From: an uncultured Candidatus Saccharibacteria bacterium
Lineage (GTDB): Bacteria; Patescibacteriota; Minisyncoccia; Phycocordibacterales; DATGWK01
Assembly (NCBI GenBank): GCA_964492195.1
Contig: CAZBJL010000002.1
Location: forward strand, 25,472-89,471
Length of the DNA stretch: 64,000 bases
Direction of reading: 5' to 3'
Made by a program: the position numbers and the translations under genes. Of the stretch, positions 1 to 9,693 are shown in pieces; the first letter of the stretch is position 1, and each line of letters opens with the position of its first letter. Under the pieces are notes generated by a model, which worked only from the letters and a program-made list of their open reading frames with translations, was not told the DNA's origin and made no database searches.

Positions 1-570
1 GACAGCAAAGGCGCACGACTCGACCCTGAAAAACTTGTCTATAAATGGAAGCAAGATGACACGGTGAATGGGGCACTTTCAGGATTTGGTAAAAAAACCT
101 TCAAAATTACGCCATCCATCCTTCCTAAACCAATCGATATTGAAGTTGAAGTGTCTTCTTCCGACAATTCCTACCACGCTGTGTCTTCAATCAGCATTCC
201 AAACACGAATCCACAAGTAATTTTTTATGAAAATAAACCACTCTATGGAATTGATTTTGCTCACGCATTAAATAATTCTGCTTTTGAAATTACAGAAAAC
301 GAAGCGCGCATCACCGCAGTTCCATTCTTTTTCTCAAATCAACAAAATCAATTTAATTTACTTTCGTACAACTGGACGCTTAACAGCAACAAGGTAGACC
401 AAGAGGGGAATGAGGTTATTTTGAGGAAGCCGGAAAATGGAACGAGCGGCCAGTCATCGATCAATCTCAATGTTAAAAACTTGGAGAGGTTCATGCAGGC
501 AGCAAGTGCCAGCTTTACTGCAAAATTTAACAATCAAGCCTCAACGCAAAATAGCCAAACCATTTTCTAA
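1..570 (+). CDS. Hypothetical secreted/Ig-like protein (5'-partial)
   Basis: Frame 1 is open from base 1 (DSKGARLDPEKLVYKWKQ...) to TAA 570; beta-rich YxW motifs; directly upstream of a pilin gene. Confidence 0.6.
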   Translation, partial: DSKGARLDPEKLVYKWKQDDTVNGALSGFGKKTFKITPSILPKPIDIEVEVSSSDNSYHAVSSISIPNTNPQVIFYENKPLYGIDFAHALNNSAFEITENEARITAVPFFFSNQQNQFNLLSYNWTLNSNKVDQEGNEVILRKPENGTSGQSSINLNVKNLERFMQAASASFTAKFNNQASTQNSQTIF

Positions 571-573
571 CAC

Positions 574-1506
574 ATGAAAATCTCCACAAAAAAAATTACA
601 CGAAGTCTCTTGATTGGCTTTTGTGCGTTTGTAATCCTCTCACTCCCTCTCGCTTTTACATTTGCACAAGAAATTAACTACGTCCCACTCGCACCATTGC
701 CGGGAATAGGTGACACAGGGCCCGTCACGAGCTTGTCTTCATACCTTGTCTCGGCATTCCGCCTCATTATTGGTCTTGCGGCATTGCTCGCTGTCGTCAT
801 GATCACGCTCGGAGGCATACAGTACATGTCTACTGACGCCATCAGCGGAAAAAGCGAAGGAAAGGAGAAAATAACAAATGCATTAATTGGTCTATTTCTC
901 GCCATCGGTTCTTGGCTCATTTTGTACACTGTGAACCCACGAACACTCGATTTCAACTTAAACATTTCACCGATTCAAACAGTTACCACCAACCCAACAA
1001 ACTCGGGAGTGATGCGAAAGTTTATTAAAGAAAGATTTTGTTTTCCTGAAGGCACAACGTCGATTGCTGAAGCACACGCAACACAATTTACAGAATTTCC
1101 TTATAGGGTATCTTCAGCTACAGAAAAAAATGAGGCTCGTGTTGCGTGTGCACAATCTTTCCCAGCCAACATGAGTCAAGGCCCGGCAACAAGTAATTGT
1201 CCTGGGGCCTCACAAGAAGCGGTGTACTGCACTGATGTAGAAATCACCGCGAATAGTTCCGGCCCCACAATACAACACGCATGGGTAAAGAAACTTATCT
1301 GCCACCCTACAGCAGGCAACACAGAAACCACAACAGAAGTCAGCGGGGGACGTTTTCCGTACGAAACAGGGAATGCAAACGCGAGAACTGACGCTATGGA
1401 CATGTGTACAGCTGCAAACCCAACCGTTCGCTCTGACACACCGCCCGATCACTGTGGCAACACCGCACGATCAGAAACAATCCAATGTTTTGATGAAACT
1501 ATTTAG
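574..1506 (+). CDS. CPR-type pilin (TrbC/VirB2-like two-helix core) with Cys-rich tandem C-terminal extension
   Basis: Signal peptide, then YxPLAPLPG..., 'LAVVMITLGGIQYM...GKEKITNALIGLFLAIGSWLILYTVNP', typical of Patescibacteria pilins. Confidence 0.75.
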   Translation: MKISTKKITRSLLIGFCAFVILSLPLAFTFAQEINYVPLAPLPGIGDTGPVTSLSSYLVSAFRLIIGLAALLAVVMITLGGIQYMSTDAISGKSEGKEKITNALIGLFLAIGSWLILYTVNPRTLDFNLNISPIQTVTTNPTNSGVMRKFIKERFCFPEGTTSIAEAHATQFTEFPYRVSSATEKNEARVACAQSFPANMSQGPATSNCPGASQEAVYCTDVEITANSSGPTIQHAWVKKLICHPTAGNTETTTEVSGGRFPYETGNANARTDAMDMCTAANPTVRSDTPPDHCGNTARSETIQCFDETI

Positions 1507-1517
1507 CTCACACACTC

Positions 1518-2789
1518 ATGCTCAAGAAAATTTTTAAAATCTTACTCGTTCTCATAGTTCTCACCGCTCTTGCCTTGGGAGCGTTTTGGTTTTTCAATCA
1601 TCGGAACAATGCCACGAGTGATTCATTTCTTTCCAACATTAGCGTTGGCAACTTCTTTCCGTTTGGACAGGGGACAGTTGAAACACCCGTAACCCCAATC
1701 GAAACAAACAACCCCACAAACCCCGACACAACCTCGTCTCCAGGCATCCCCGTACTTCCACCAGCATTGTGGCAGATTTCAAACCAACCACAGTCAGGGG
1801 CAATTGCTTTTAACGCTTCAGGAACTCCCACTGTTCGCTACATAGACAAAGCAACAGGCAATACATTTGAAGGTGCTTTGAGAATTTTAGGTGTAAAAAG
1901 AATTACAAACACAACGATTCCAAAAGTGTACGAAGCACTCTGGCAGCCAAACGGAAATGCACTCGTTCTTCGTTTTCTCATAAATAAAGACGAAACAATC
2001 CGAAGCACATTCGGCAAATTATCAACGAAATCTGCGAGCTCAACACCAGCAGGGGAGGAAACTTTTCGAGAACTTGCTGTTTCATTTCTCGCAGACAACA
2101 TCACAAGCCTTTCTGTTGATCCATCGAGTGGCGCAATTGCATATGTTTCTAAAAATCCGACTGGTTCAAGAATCTATGTCGCAAGTTCCAACGCCACTAA
2201 TCCAAAACAGATTTTTGAATCTCAAATAAACGATCTCTCGATTTCTTGGGTAAACAGCACGACTTTGGCGGTCCTTAGCAAACCAAGCAAAGACACTATT
2301 GGTCAATTCTATTTCCTTAAAACAGATTCAGGAAAACTTGAAAGGGTGCTTGGTGGTCAAAACGGCCTCATGGCGTTAGCCCAAGCCGATGCCAACACGG
2401 TTGTATACTCATGGACATCGGGCACTTCAATACAATCTGCACTATTTAACAAAAAAACAGGGGAGAGAAACGCACTCCGCTTTGCCGTCATCCCAGAAAA
2501 ATGCGTTTTCTCAAACAAATCTACAAACCTCTACTGTGCTGCACCAAAAGCAATGCAGTCCAACAACCTTCCAGACGATTGGTATCAAGGCCGTATCACA
2601 TTTAACGATTCATTCTGGAGAATTAACACAACAACAGGTGCCGCTGACCTCATTACAGACCCTAAAGTTGCCGCTGGAACAGAAGTTGATGCAACAAACC
2701 TCATGCTCGATCCAAACGAAGAGCATCTTATATTTACAAATAAAAAAGACTCCGCTCTCTGGGGTCTACGAATCGGGGCAGGGAATTAA
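1518..2789 (+). CDS. Membrane-anchored beta-propeller-like (TolB-like) protein
   Basis: N-terminal TM helix, P/T linker, repeated W-x-P-x-G / blade-like segments, C-terminal 'LIFTNKKDSALW'. Confidence 0.55.
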   Translation: MLKKIFKILLVLIVLTALALGAFWFFNHRNNATSDSFLSNISVGNFFPFGQGTVETPVTPIETNNPTNPDTTSSPGIPVLPPALWQISNQPQSGAIAFNASGTPTVRYIDKATGNTFEGALRILGVKRITNTTIPKVYEALWQPNGNALVLRFLINKDETIRSTFGKLSTKSASSTPAGEETFRELAVSFLADNITSLSVDPSSGAIAYVSKNPTGSRIYVASSNATNPKQIFESQINDLSISWVNSTTLAVLSKPSKDTIGQFYFLKTDSGKLERVLGGQNGLMALAQADANTVVYSWTSGTSIQSALFNKKTGERNALRFAVIPEKCVFSNKSTNLYCAAPKAMQSNNLPDDWYQGRITFNDSFWRINTTTGAADLITDPKVAAGTEVDATNLMLDPNEEHLIFTNKKDSALWGLRIGAGN

Positions 2790-2910
2790 TTTTGTTTAGC
2801 ACACCATCTCGCAGCGAGGAAGGATCATGTGTTGAGCGAAGCCTGCGACGCGAAACACATGTCCGAACGCAAGCTGCGTTGGCGAAAGCCAGTACAACAG
2901 CCTAGATCTT

Positions 2911-3696
2911 CTACTTATCTGAAACCAACGCAACTGCAGGGTTTGGAGATGCCGTGGTATCACTCGTTTTTGCAACGGATCGTCGAATTACCAACTCCTG
3001 ACCAATCGTAAAGAGGTTGCTTGTGATCCAGTACACAGCAATCGCACCAGAAACCGTCCACGAAACGATAAATGCGAGAACAGGGAGCATGTATCTCATC
3101 TGTGTGCCCATACTTCGGGTCAAATCGTGCTTAAATTTTTCTTCTTTGGTCATATTTTCCTTCGCAGGCTTACTTGAAACTGGGGGAATAGAAAATCTGA
3201 TCTGAATAAAAGACGTCACACCTGCAAGAATAGCGAGAATCAAACTCTTTCCAGAAATATCGAAAAGGCCTAGGAACATTGTATTGATTACGTGCGGCAC
3301 TGAAACGAAAGAGTAGAGAATCGAAGTGTTTATTTGGTCAAAACCAACAATGAACACTCGGTAGAGAGCAAAAATGATCGGCAACTGAATGAGAATGAGC
3401 ACAACGCTTGCGAATGGATTGATTTTATTATTCTTATAGAGCTCCATCGTCTTGCGAGCGTATTCTTGTTTGTCGTTTTTGTATTTTTCTTTGAGGTTAG
3501 CGAGTTCTGGCTCAACTTTTTTCATTTTGAGCTGGGTGGTGACGGCCTTTTTGGAAATAGGGAAGAGAACAAGCTTTACAATGATGGTAAAAATAACGAT
3601 TGCGACGCCGGCATCAACCCACGGCAATACATCCATTAAAAAAATCAGACCGTTATAAAGCGGGTTAAAAACAATCGTGTGGTAGAGAAATGACAT
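2911..3696 (-). CDS. yidC: Membrane protein insertase YidC
   Basis: 'AIVIFTIIVKLVLFP', 'ELYKNNKINP', 'LIQLPI', 'YWITSNLFTIGQ'; rpmH-rnpA-yidC synteny. Confidence 0.95.
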   Translation of the reverse strand: MSFLYHTIVFNPLYNGLIFLMDVLPWVDAGVAIVIFTIIVKLVLFPISKKAVTTQLKMKKVEPELANLKEKYKNDKQEYARKTMELYKNNKINPFASVVLILIQLPIIFALYRVFIVGFDQINTSILYSFVSVPHVINTMFLGLFDISGKSLILAILAGVTSFIQIRFSIPPVSSKPAKENMTKEEKFKHDLTRSMGTQMRYMLPVLAFIVSWTVSGAIAVYWITSNLFTIGQELVIRRSVAKTSDTTASPNPAVALVSDK

Positions 3697-3727
3697 TCGG
3701 TTATCTTACGCGAAAATAACTTGTTTT

Positions 3728-4069
3728 TCAAACAGAAAGAATGCGGGCACGAGTGAGAAGTTCTTTTATTTCTTGAGCAATGTCTTCATACGCACGCTTT
3801 TCACCACCCTTTTTTACAGACACACCAACAAGGAAGCCAGTAGCTACGCGGGGGAGGAGAGGTCGGATAGCGCTATACACCCTCCGACGAGTTCGATTTC
3901 GCATTACAGCTGTTGGTGCCACCTTTTTAGAAACAGAAACAGCAAAACGCGTATCTCCGTCGGTAGACTTTAGAATTTTGAGTAAGAAAAAGGGTGAAGA
4001 TGTAGAACCACCCCGTATAAACACCTCTCGGGCGAGCGCCTTGGGGATTCGTTGCTCTCGAGAAAGCAT
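3728..4069 (-). CDS. rnpA: Ribonuclease P protein component
   Basis: 'RFAVSVSKKV..AVMRNRTRRR' RNR motif; synteny. Confidence 0.93.
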   Translation of the reverse strand: MLSREQRIPKALAREVFIRGGSTSSPFFLLKILKSTDGDTRFAVSVSKKVAPTAVMRNRTRRRVYSAIRPLLPRVATGFLVGVSVKKGGEKRAYEDIAQEIKELLTRARILSV

Positions 4070-4078
4070 GAGGAGTAA

Positions 4079-4219
4079 TTAGACCGTAACTCGCTTACGA
4101 CCCTTTGTACGACGACGGGAAACAGTTCTTTTACCGCCGGCAGACTTCATTCTCTTCAAAAAACCGTGGCTTTTTGAGCGTTTTCTCTTTTTGGGTCTGT
4201 AGGTTAAACCTTGTTTCAT
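4079..4219 (-). CDS. rpmH: 50S ribosomal protein L34 (not in ORF track)
   Basis: Manual translation [46 protein letters not shown]; divergent from dnaA. Confidence 0.95.
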   Translation of the reverse strand: MKQGLTYRPKKRKRSKSHGFLKRMKSAGGKRTVSRRRTKGRKRVTV

Positions 4220-4300
4220 ATATGAGTGAGATATTACAATGTATTCAAAATTAAATCAATATTCGATCAAGAAAATTCCAAAAAATACAAAACTCACACC

Positions 4301-4356
4301 CTATCCACAATTTGTGAACATACAACTTGAACTTAAACAAGTATTATAATTCCACA
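4301..4356. promoter_or_regulatory. DnaA-box-like sites in the dnaA promoter region
   Basis: CTATCCACA at 4301-4309 (1 mismatch to TTATCCACA) plus weaker TGTGAACA and ATTCCACA. Confidence 0.55.
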
Positions 4357-4385
4357 TCAAGGATATAATCTACTGCTAACGGACA

Positions 4386-5771
4386 ATGTCTACTGAAAAC
4401 AAAAAAATTTGGGATAACGTTCTGGTTGAAATGGAACTTTCTGTTTCAAAGCCCAATTTTACGACCTGGTTTCGAGACACTTCTATTTTTAAAGTCGAAG
4501 ATGGGGTAGCGTTCATCAGCGTTCCCAATAATTTCGTCAAAGACTGGCTCTACAAAAAATACCACTCAACAATTCTCAAGATTTTACGCACTGCGGCACC
4601 CACCGTTCGCTCTCTTGAGTATTCCGTAAGCCGAAGTGATGCCAAAAAGCGCAGCCCAGCCGAAGATCGTCCTTCTACAACCTCGTTAATCAACAACGAG
4701 CTTCCTCTAAGCGATTTTTACATAAACAAAGAGGACAATCTCAACCCTCGCTATGGTTTTGACTCATTTATCGTCGGGCCGTTCAACGAACTTGCATACG
4801 CAGCTGCCCAAGCTGTCGTAAAAAAGCCAGGTATCGTCTACAATCCGCTCTTTATATACGGAAACACTGGCCACGGCAAAACCCATCTCATCCAAGCAGT
4901 AGGGAATTACCTCAAACACATGTACCCAGAGATGCGAATTCACTACGTCACATCCGAAAAATTCGCGAGTGACTACGTGAGCTCCGTTCAATCCGCCCAA
5001 AGCAACCCAAACCACTCCAATAAAATAAGCAATTTTAAAGAAAAATACCGAAAATACGACGTTTTGATCATGGATGACATCCAATTCCTCTCAAAAACCG
5101 AGAAAACCCAAGAGGAATTGTTCCACCTGTTCAATCATCTCTACGACAACAACAAACAAATCGTCTTTTCATCCGACAAACACCCAAATTACATTCCCAA
5201 TCTCGAGGATCGCCTTCGTTCTCGCTTCGCGGCCGGCATGATTGTCGATATTCCTGCCCCAGACCACGAGTCGAGAATTGCAATTCTCAAAGCAAAGCTC
5301 CGAAACCAGGAATTAATCCTTTCAGATGAGATCATAGACTTCGTTGCAGCGTCAGTTTCTACAAACATCCGCGAACTTGAAGGAGTTTTGAACGCTGTCA
5401 TCTGCCAGGCACAGCTTAAAGGAAGAGAACTAACCCTCCAGGAAACAAAACTTCTCCTCAAAAACAGTGCGCGACCAGCAAAAAGAACCCTTTCTACCAA
5501 AGAAGTCATTAAAATCGTCGCTGATTTCTACAACATTGAAGAATCAAGTATTTATGAAAAAACCCGAAAGAAAGAAGTTATCCGTCCTCGCCAAATGACG
5601 ATGTATATCCTCCGAGAAGATTTCAAAATCTCATACCCGTCGATCGGGGAGAGACTTGGCGGACGCGACCACACCACTGTTATTCACTCATGCGAGAAGG
5701 TAAAAGGCGACCTCAAGGTCGACCCAACTCTTGGTCAGGAATTGAATCAGATTCGAGCTCTTATCACATAA
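4386..5771 (+). CDS. dnaA: Chromosomal replication initiator DnaA
   Basis: 'YNPLFIYGNTGHGKTHL' Walker A, 'DDIQFL', 'NIRELEG', 'GGRDHTTVIH'. Confidence 0.99.
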   Translation: MSTENKKIWDNVLVEMELSVSKPNFTTWFRDTSIFKVEDGVAFISVPNNFVKDWLYKKYHSTILKILRTAAPTVRSLEYSVSRSDAKKRSPAEDRPSTTSLINNELPLSDFYINKEDNLNPRYGFDSFIVGPFNELAYAAAQAVVKKPGIVYNPLFIYGNTGHGKTHLIQAVGNYLKHMYPEMRIHYVTSEKFASDYVSSVQSAQSNPNHSNKISNFKEKYRKYDVLIMDDIQFLSKTEKTQEELFHLFNHLYDNNKQIVFSSDKHPNYIPNLEDRLRSRFAAGMIVDIPAPDHESRIAILKAKLRNQELILSDEIIDFVAASVSTNIRELEGVLNAVICQAQLKGRELTLQETKLLLKNSARPAKRTLSTKEVIKIVADFYNIEESSIYEKTRKKEVIRPRQMTMYILREDFKISYPSIGERLGGRDHTTVIHSCEKVKGDLKVDPTLGQELNQIRALIT

Positions 5772-6024
5772 GCTGGGGATAAGGTATTGATAAGCTTTGG
5801 AATAGTTGTGAGAAAGCCTGTAGATATCTGGAAATTTCTCTAAACAAGGTGTGGATAAAAAAGCATCGAATCCCCAGATTTCAAATTCACCCACATACAG
5901 TTATATTTAATTCACACACGATGGGGACAAGAATTCACAAAAAACCCTTGAATTTAAAGAGAATTAAGCACTTATCAAGATATCCCCAGTCATAGTAATA
6001 GTAGTAGTATTTATATATAGATAT
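5772..6024. other. Replication origin oriC (dnaA-dnaN intergenic)
   Basis: Perfect DnaA box TGTGGATAA 5850-5858; near-matches TGGGGATAA 5774 and TGGGGACAA 5922; tandem TTATCAAGA/ATATCCCCA 5972-5988 followed by (A/G)TA trinucleotide repeats and an AT tract. Confidence 0.85.
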
Positions 6025-7128
6025 ATGAAGACCGAATGTGTAAAAGAAAAGTTAACAGCGGCGGTAGCACAAGCTGAAAAAATTACCGGGAAGAATTTAT
6101 CTCTTGCTGTTCTTGGTTGTGTATTTCTTGAAGCAGGAAAAAATACACTTTCGATTAAATCTACAAATCTCGATCTTGGTATTGAAATAACAATTCCAAC
6201 TAAAACCGAAAAGGAAGGGAAGGTGGCAGTGCCCGGGAATATTTTATCTGGTTTCCTTAACAACTCTCCGTACGAAAAAAATATAACCCTTGAAACCACA
6301 GACACAGGTCTTCTTAAAATCACTACAGAAAAAACTTCCACAACTATTAAATCCGTAAGTCCTGATGATTTTCCTTCTATTCCACAGGTTTCAGACGAAC
6401 AATCTTTTAAAATTAAAGGATCAGACTTTGTACGCGGTTTAAAGTCGGTCTGGTATAGCTCTTCGGTCTCAAGTATCAAACCCGAACTATCGAGCGTCCT
6501 GGTGCGTTGTGACGACGATACGCTTGTGTGTGCGGCCACAGACTCCTTCCGTCTTGCCGAGAAGAAAGTAAAACTTAAAGATCAAAAACCTTTCGACAGT
6601 ATTTTGATTCCCTTTAAAAACGTTCAAGAAATCATTCGAGTACTCGATGCTTCAGAGGAGGATGTTCTCTTTTGTGTGACTAAAAACCAAATTTCTATTT
6701 CTTACGACGGTGTGTATCTCACATCTCGCGTTATCGACGGTGTTTTTCCCGATTATCACCAGATTATTCCAAAGGAAAACCAAACAGAAGTTATTGTTCT
6801 TAAAGACGATCTCATTCAAGCCTTCAAAATCGCTAATATTTTCTCCGATAAATTTAATCAGGTGAATATGAAAGCTGAACCGTCAAAGAAAACATTTGAA
6901 ATTAAAACAAATAATGCAGATTTGGGTGAAAGTGTGAATAAAATCGATGCAACATTTAAAGGTGATGACGTTGCGGTGAATTTTAATCACAAATACGTTA
7001 CTGATTGTTTTGGTTCGTTGAGCGGCGACAGTCTTTCTTTGTCTTTTAACGGTTTAAGTCGTCCGCTTGTGATTCGTGGAGTAGGTGATCCATCATTCTT
7101 ATACCTCGTGATGCCAATGAATCGATAA
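6025..7128 (+). CDS. dnaN: DNA polymerase III beta clamp
   Basis: 'STNLDLGI', 'ATDSFRLAE', 'SRVIDGVFPDY', 'YLVMPM'. Confidence 0.98.
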   Translation: MKTECVKEKLTAAVAQAEKITGKNLSLAVLGCVFLEAGKNTLSIKSTNLDLGIEITIPTKTEKEGKVAVPGNILSGFLNNSPYEKNITLETTDTGLLKITTEKTSTTIKSVSPDDFPSIPQVSDEQSFKIKGSDFVRGLKSVWYSSSVSSIKPELSSVLVRCDDDTLVCAATDSFRLAEKKVKLKDQKPFDSILIPFKNVQEIIRVLDASEEDVLFCVTKNQISISYDGVYLTSRVIDGVFPDYHQIIPKENQTEVIVLKDDLIQAFKIANIFSDKFNQVNMKAEPSKKTFEIKTNNADLGESVNKIDATFKGDDVAVNFNHKYVTDCFGSLSGDSLSLSFNGLSRPLVIRGVGDPSFLYLVMPMNR

Positions 7129-7131
7129 TAT

Positions 7132-7386
7132 ATGAATCATATCGACGGTTTTTTTAGTAAATTCAAAAGTGCTTTCGCCAACATGGCGAACAAAAAGGAA
7201 ATCGTTGCCGCTGTCTGTCTTGCTCACAGCAAAACCACAATTCCTTTGTCTGGTATTGAAATCCAAGGTCCTGTGCTCAGGCTTAACATTAGTCCTGCAG
7301 CAAAAAGTGCTATCTTTATGAAAAAAACAGAAATTTTAGCTGAACTTAATCAAAAAATTAAACCCGCTTTGTTTGATATTCGCTAA
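7132..7386 (+). CDS. DciA/DUF721-like small protein (putative helicase-loading factor)
   Basis: 'GPVLRLNISPAAKSAIFMKKTEILAELNQ...DIR' resembles the DciA KH-like core; lies directly after dnaN. Confidence 0.5.
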   Translation: MNHIDGFFSKFKSAFANMANKKEIVAAVCLAHSKTTIPLSGIEIQGPVLRLNISPAAKSAIFMKKTEILAELNQKIKPALFDIR

Positions 7387-7397
7387 GGGTGAGCGTT

Positions 7398-9659
7398 CTA
7401 CCTATTAGAATTGTTTGAAATTCCATTTGCTGTAGCCCATGCTTGGACGCCGTATTCCCAATATTTAAACTGTGGATCATCAGAAGGGTTTGAAGGAATC
7501 GGACCCCGAGGATCGTTTTTATCTACCCAGTAGAGGATAGAGTGAACTCCACCAGAAAGAATTTCACCCAGGTCTTCGACCGGAGTAGAGTCTCGAGCAG
7601 CTCTGTTGGTGTCTGTATCGACGACTGAAGAAATGCCACCTTCCCATCTTCCTCGAAGGACAGGTTTTAGATCCAAACCATTTTCTACGACGGGTCTTTG
7701 GAATTTTGTATCAGGAACTTTTTTGAGTGCTTCTGCCATGACGTTGTGCCAGTACGGAGCAATAATAAAGGCCGCAACCTTTCTTTCCATCGAACTGTTG
7801 TCATTGTTTCCGGCCCAGGCGGCGATAGCGATGTCTGGGGTGTATCCGACAGTAATCGCGTCTTTGTAGTCGTTTGTGGTACCGGTTTTCACCGCAACGT
7901 CACGTCCTGCAAAATGAAGAGGGGAATTATATCCAAAGGCTGGAGCGCGAGCTTGTTCGTCTGACAATACGTCAGAAATTTGTTCGGCAATTTTTGCATC
8001 GAGGACACGAGTTGGGTTTGTTGTTGATTTTTCCAAAGTGTTTCCGTTTTTATCTTTTACTTCAAGAATCATGCGGGGTGCATTTCGTACACCTTCGTTC
8101 GCAAAGACGCTGTATGCACTTGTGAGGTCGAGGAGAGAGACTTCGCCACCTCCAAGGACGAGTGTGAGGCCGTACTGGCCGATGTTTGTGAGGCTTTGGA
8201 TTCCCATACTCTGTGCAAGTTTGAGTGTGTCAGTCATACCTGAAAGATAAAAGGTTTTGATCGATGCAATGTTGATCGACTGGGCCAACGCATCTCGCAT
8301 GCTCATCGGGCCGTGATACTTTCCGTCGTAGTTTACAGGCATGTAGCAGTGTGACGATGAGTTGATTGGTTTTCCGTCGACAGTACATGTTGTTGAAAAT
8401 TCTGTTGGAACGTCGAAAACAACAGTTTCTGGAGTAAAACCTTTTATGAATGCTTCGGCATACGCAAATGGTTTGAAGGCAGAACCCGGCTGACGATGAG
8501 CGGTGGTGATGTTGAAGTTACCGCTGATTTCTTTGTCGAAATAATTTCTTGAACCAACCATAGCGAGAACGTCGCCAGTTTTGGGTTCAATTGCGACGAG
8601 GCCAATGTTTTCTGCGTTAAAATTCTTTTTATTTTCTGTTGCTTGTTTCAGAGCGAGTTCCTCGGCTTTTTTCTCGAGGTCGTAGTCGAGTGTGGTGATG
8701 ACGCGGAGTCCTCCTTGTTCGAGAACTTGTTCGCCATATTTTTGGACAAGTTGGTTTCGAACTTCCATGACGAAGTGTGGCGCTTTTATACCGAACGCTT
8801 CTTGTGGTTGGAAGGTTACGACTTCAGCTTTTGCTTGGTCATATGCATCTTTTTTAATGAAACCGTTTCGAAGCATTTCACTCAAGACAAGATTTTTGCG
8901 GGCGTCGAGTTCTGCTTTGTGTGAACCGTACGGCGAATAGTATGTCGGTGCTTTTGGAAGTGCGGCGAGGTATGCAGACTCGGCGAGGGTAAGGTCTTTT
9001 GACGATGTCGCAAAAAATGCTTGGCTCGCTTCTTCAACGCCGTACAAATTTCCGCCGAAGGGGATTTCGTTGAGATAAATGTTGAAAATCTCATCTTTTG
9101 TGAGGATTTTTTCGAGTTTCGGGGCGAGTACCCATTCTTTTATCTTTCGTGAAATCTGCTTTTCGTCAGTCAAAAGAGCGTTTTTGATGACTTGTTGTGT
9201 GATCGTTGAACCACCTTGGTTGTAGCCAAGGCCTGTGATGTTGGCAAACACAGCGCGAAGGATTGAGGAAATTCTAATGCCGTTATGTTGGTAGAAGTTA
9301 ATGTCTTCGATAGCCAACACAGCTCTTTTGGCGTTTGGTGAAATATCTTCAAACGGAACCACGGTGCGTTTTACGTTTTGAAATACGTCGTAGAGGAGCA
9401 CTTCGCCGGTGCGATCATAGATTTTTGTGGATTGGGTAACCGCACGATCCTGGAAAGATTCGAGGTTTGGAATTCTCCAGCTCGAAATCCAGAGCAAAAA
9501 GAGAGCGGCGACAAAGACAAATACACCAGCTCCTACTGTTGCGGTTCGGAGCGCAAAAGGCTTATTTATTTTGGGGATTTTGATTTTTTTCACAGTTTTT
9601 CTATTTACCCGCGCGACACACAACAGAAGTAATAATAAAATCAATATTATCACAATCAC
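7398..9659 (-). CDS. Class A penicillin-binding protein (PBP1A family); true start probably ~60 nt downstream
   Basis: TG motifs 'EDINFYQHNG', 'GGSTITQQVIKN', 'RKIKE'; TP motifs 'QPGSAFKP', 'SINI', 'KTGTT'. Confidence 0.95.
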   Translation of the reverse strand: MIVIILILLLLLLCVARVNRKTVKKIKIPKINKPFALRTATVGAGVFVFVAALFLLWISSWRIPNLESFQDRAVTQSTKIYDRTGEVLLYDVFQNVKRTVVPFEDISPNAKRAVLAIEDINFYQHNGIRISSILRAVFANITGLGYNQGGSTITQQVIKNALLTDEKQISRKIKEWVLAPKLEKILTKDEIFNIYLNEIPFGGNLYGVEEASQAFFATSSKDLTLAESAYLAALPKAPTYYSPYGSHKAELDARKNLVLSEMLRNGFIKKDAYDQAKAEVVTFQPQEAFGIKAPHFVMEVRNQLVQKYGEQVLEQGGLRVITTLDYDLEKKAEELALKQATENKKNFNAENIGLVAIEPKTGDVLAMVGSRNYFDKEISGNFNITTAHRQPGSAFKPFAYAEAFIKGFTPETVVFDVPTEFSTTCTVDGKPINSSSHCYMPVNYDGKYHGPMSMRDALAQSINIASIKTFYLSGMTDTLKLAQSMGIQSLTNIGQYGLTLVLGGGEVSLLDLTSAYSVFANEGVRNAPRMILEVKDKNGNTLEKSTTNPTRVLDAKIAEQISDVLSDEQARAPAFGYNSPLHFAGRDVAVKTGTTNDYKDAITVGYTPDIAIAAWAGNNDNSSMERKVAAFIIAPYWHNVMAEALKKVPDTKFQRPVVENGLDLKPVLRGRWEGGISSVVDTDTNRAARDSTPVEDLGEILSGGVHSILYWVDKNDPRGPIPSNPSDDPQFKYWEYGVQAWATANGISNNSNR

Positions 9660-9693
9660 TTAAAACATATTTCAAATATGCTAAAGTAGAGCC

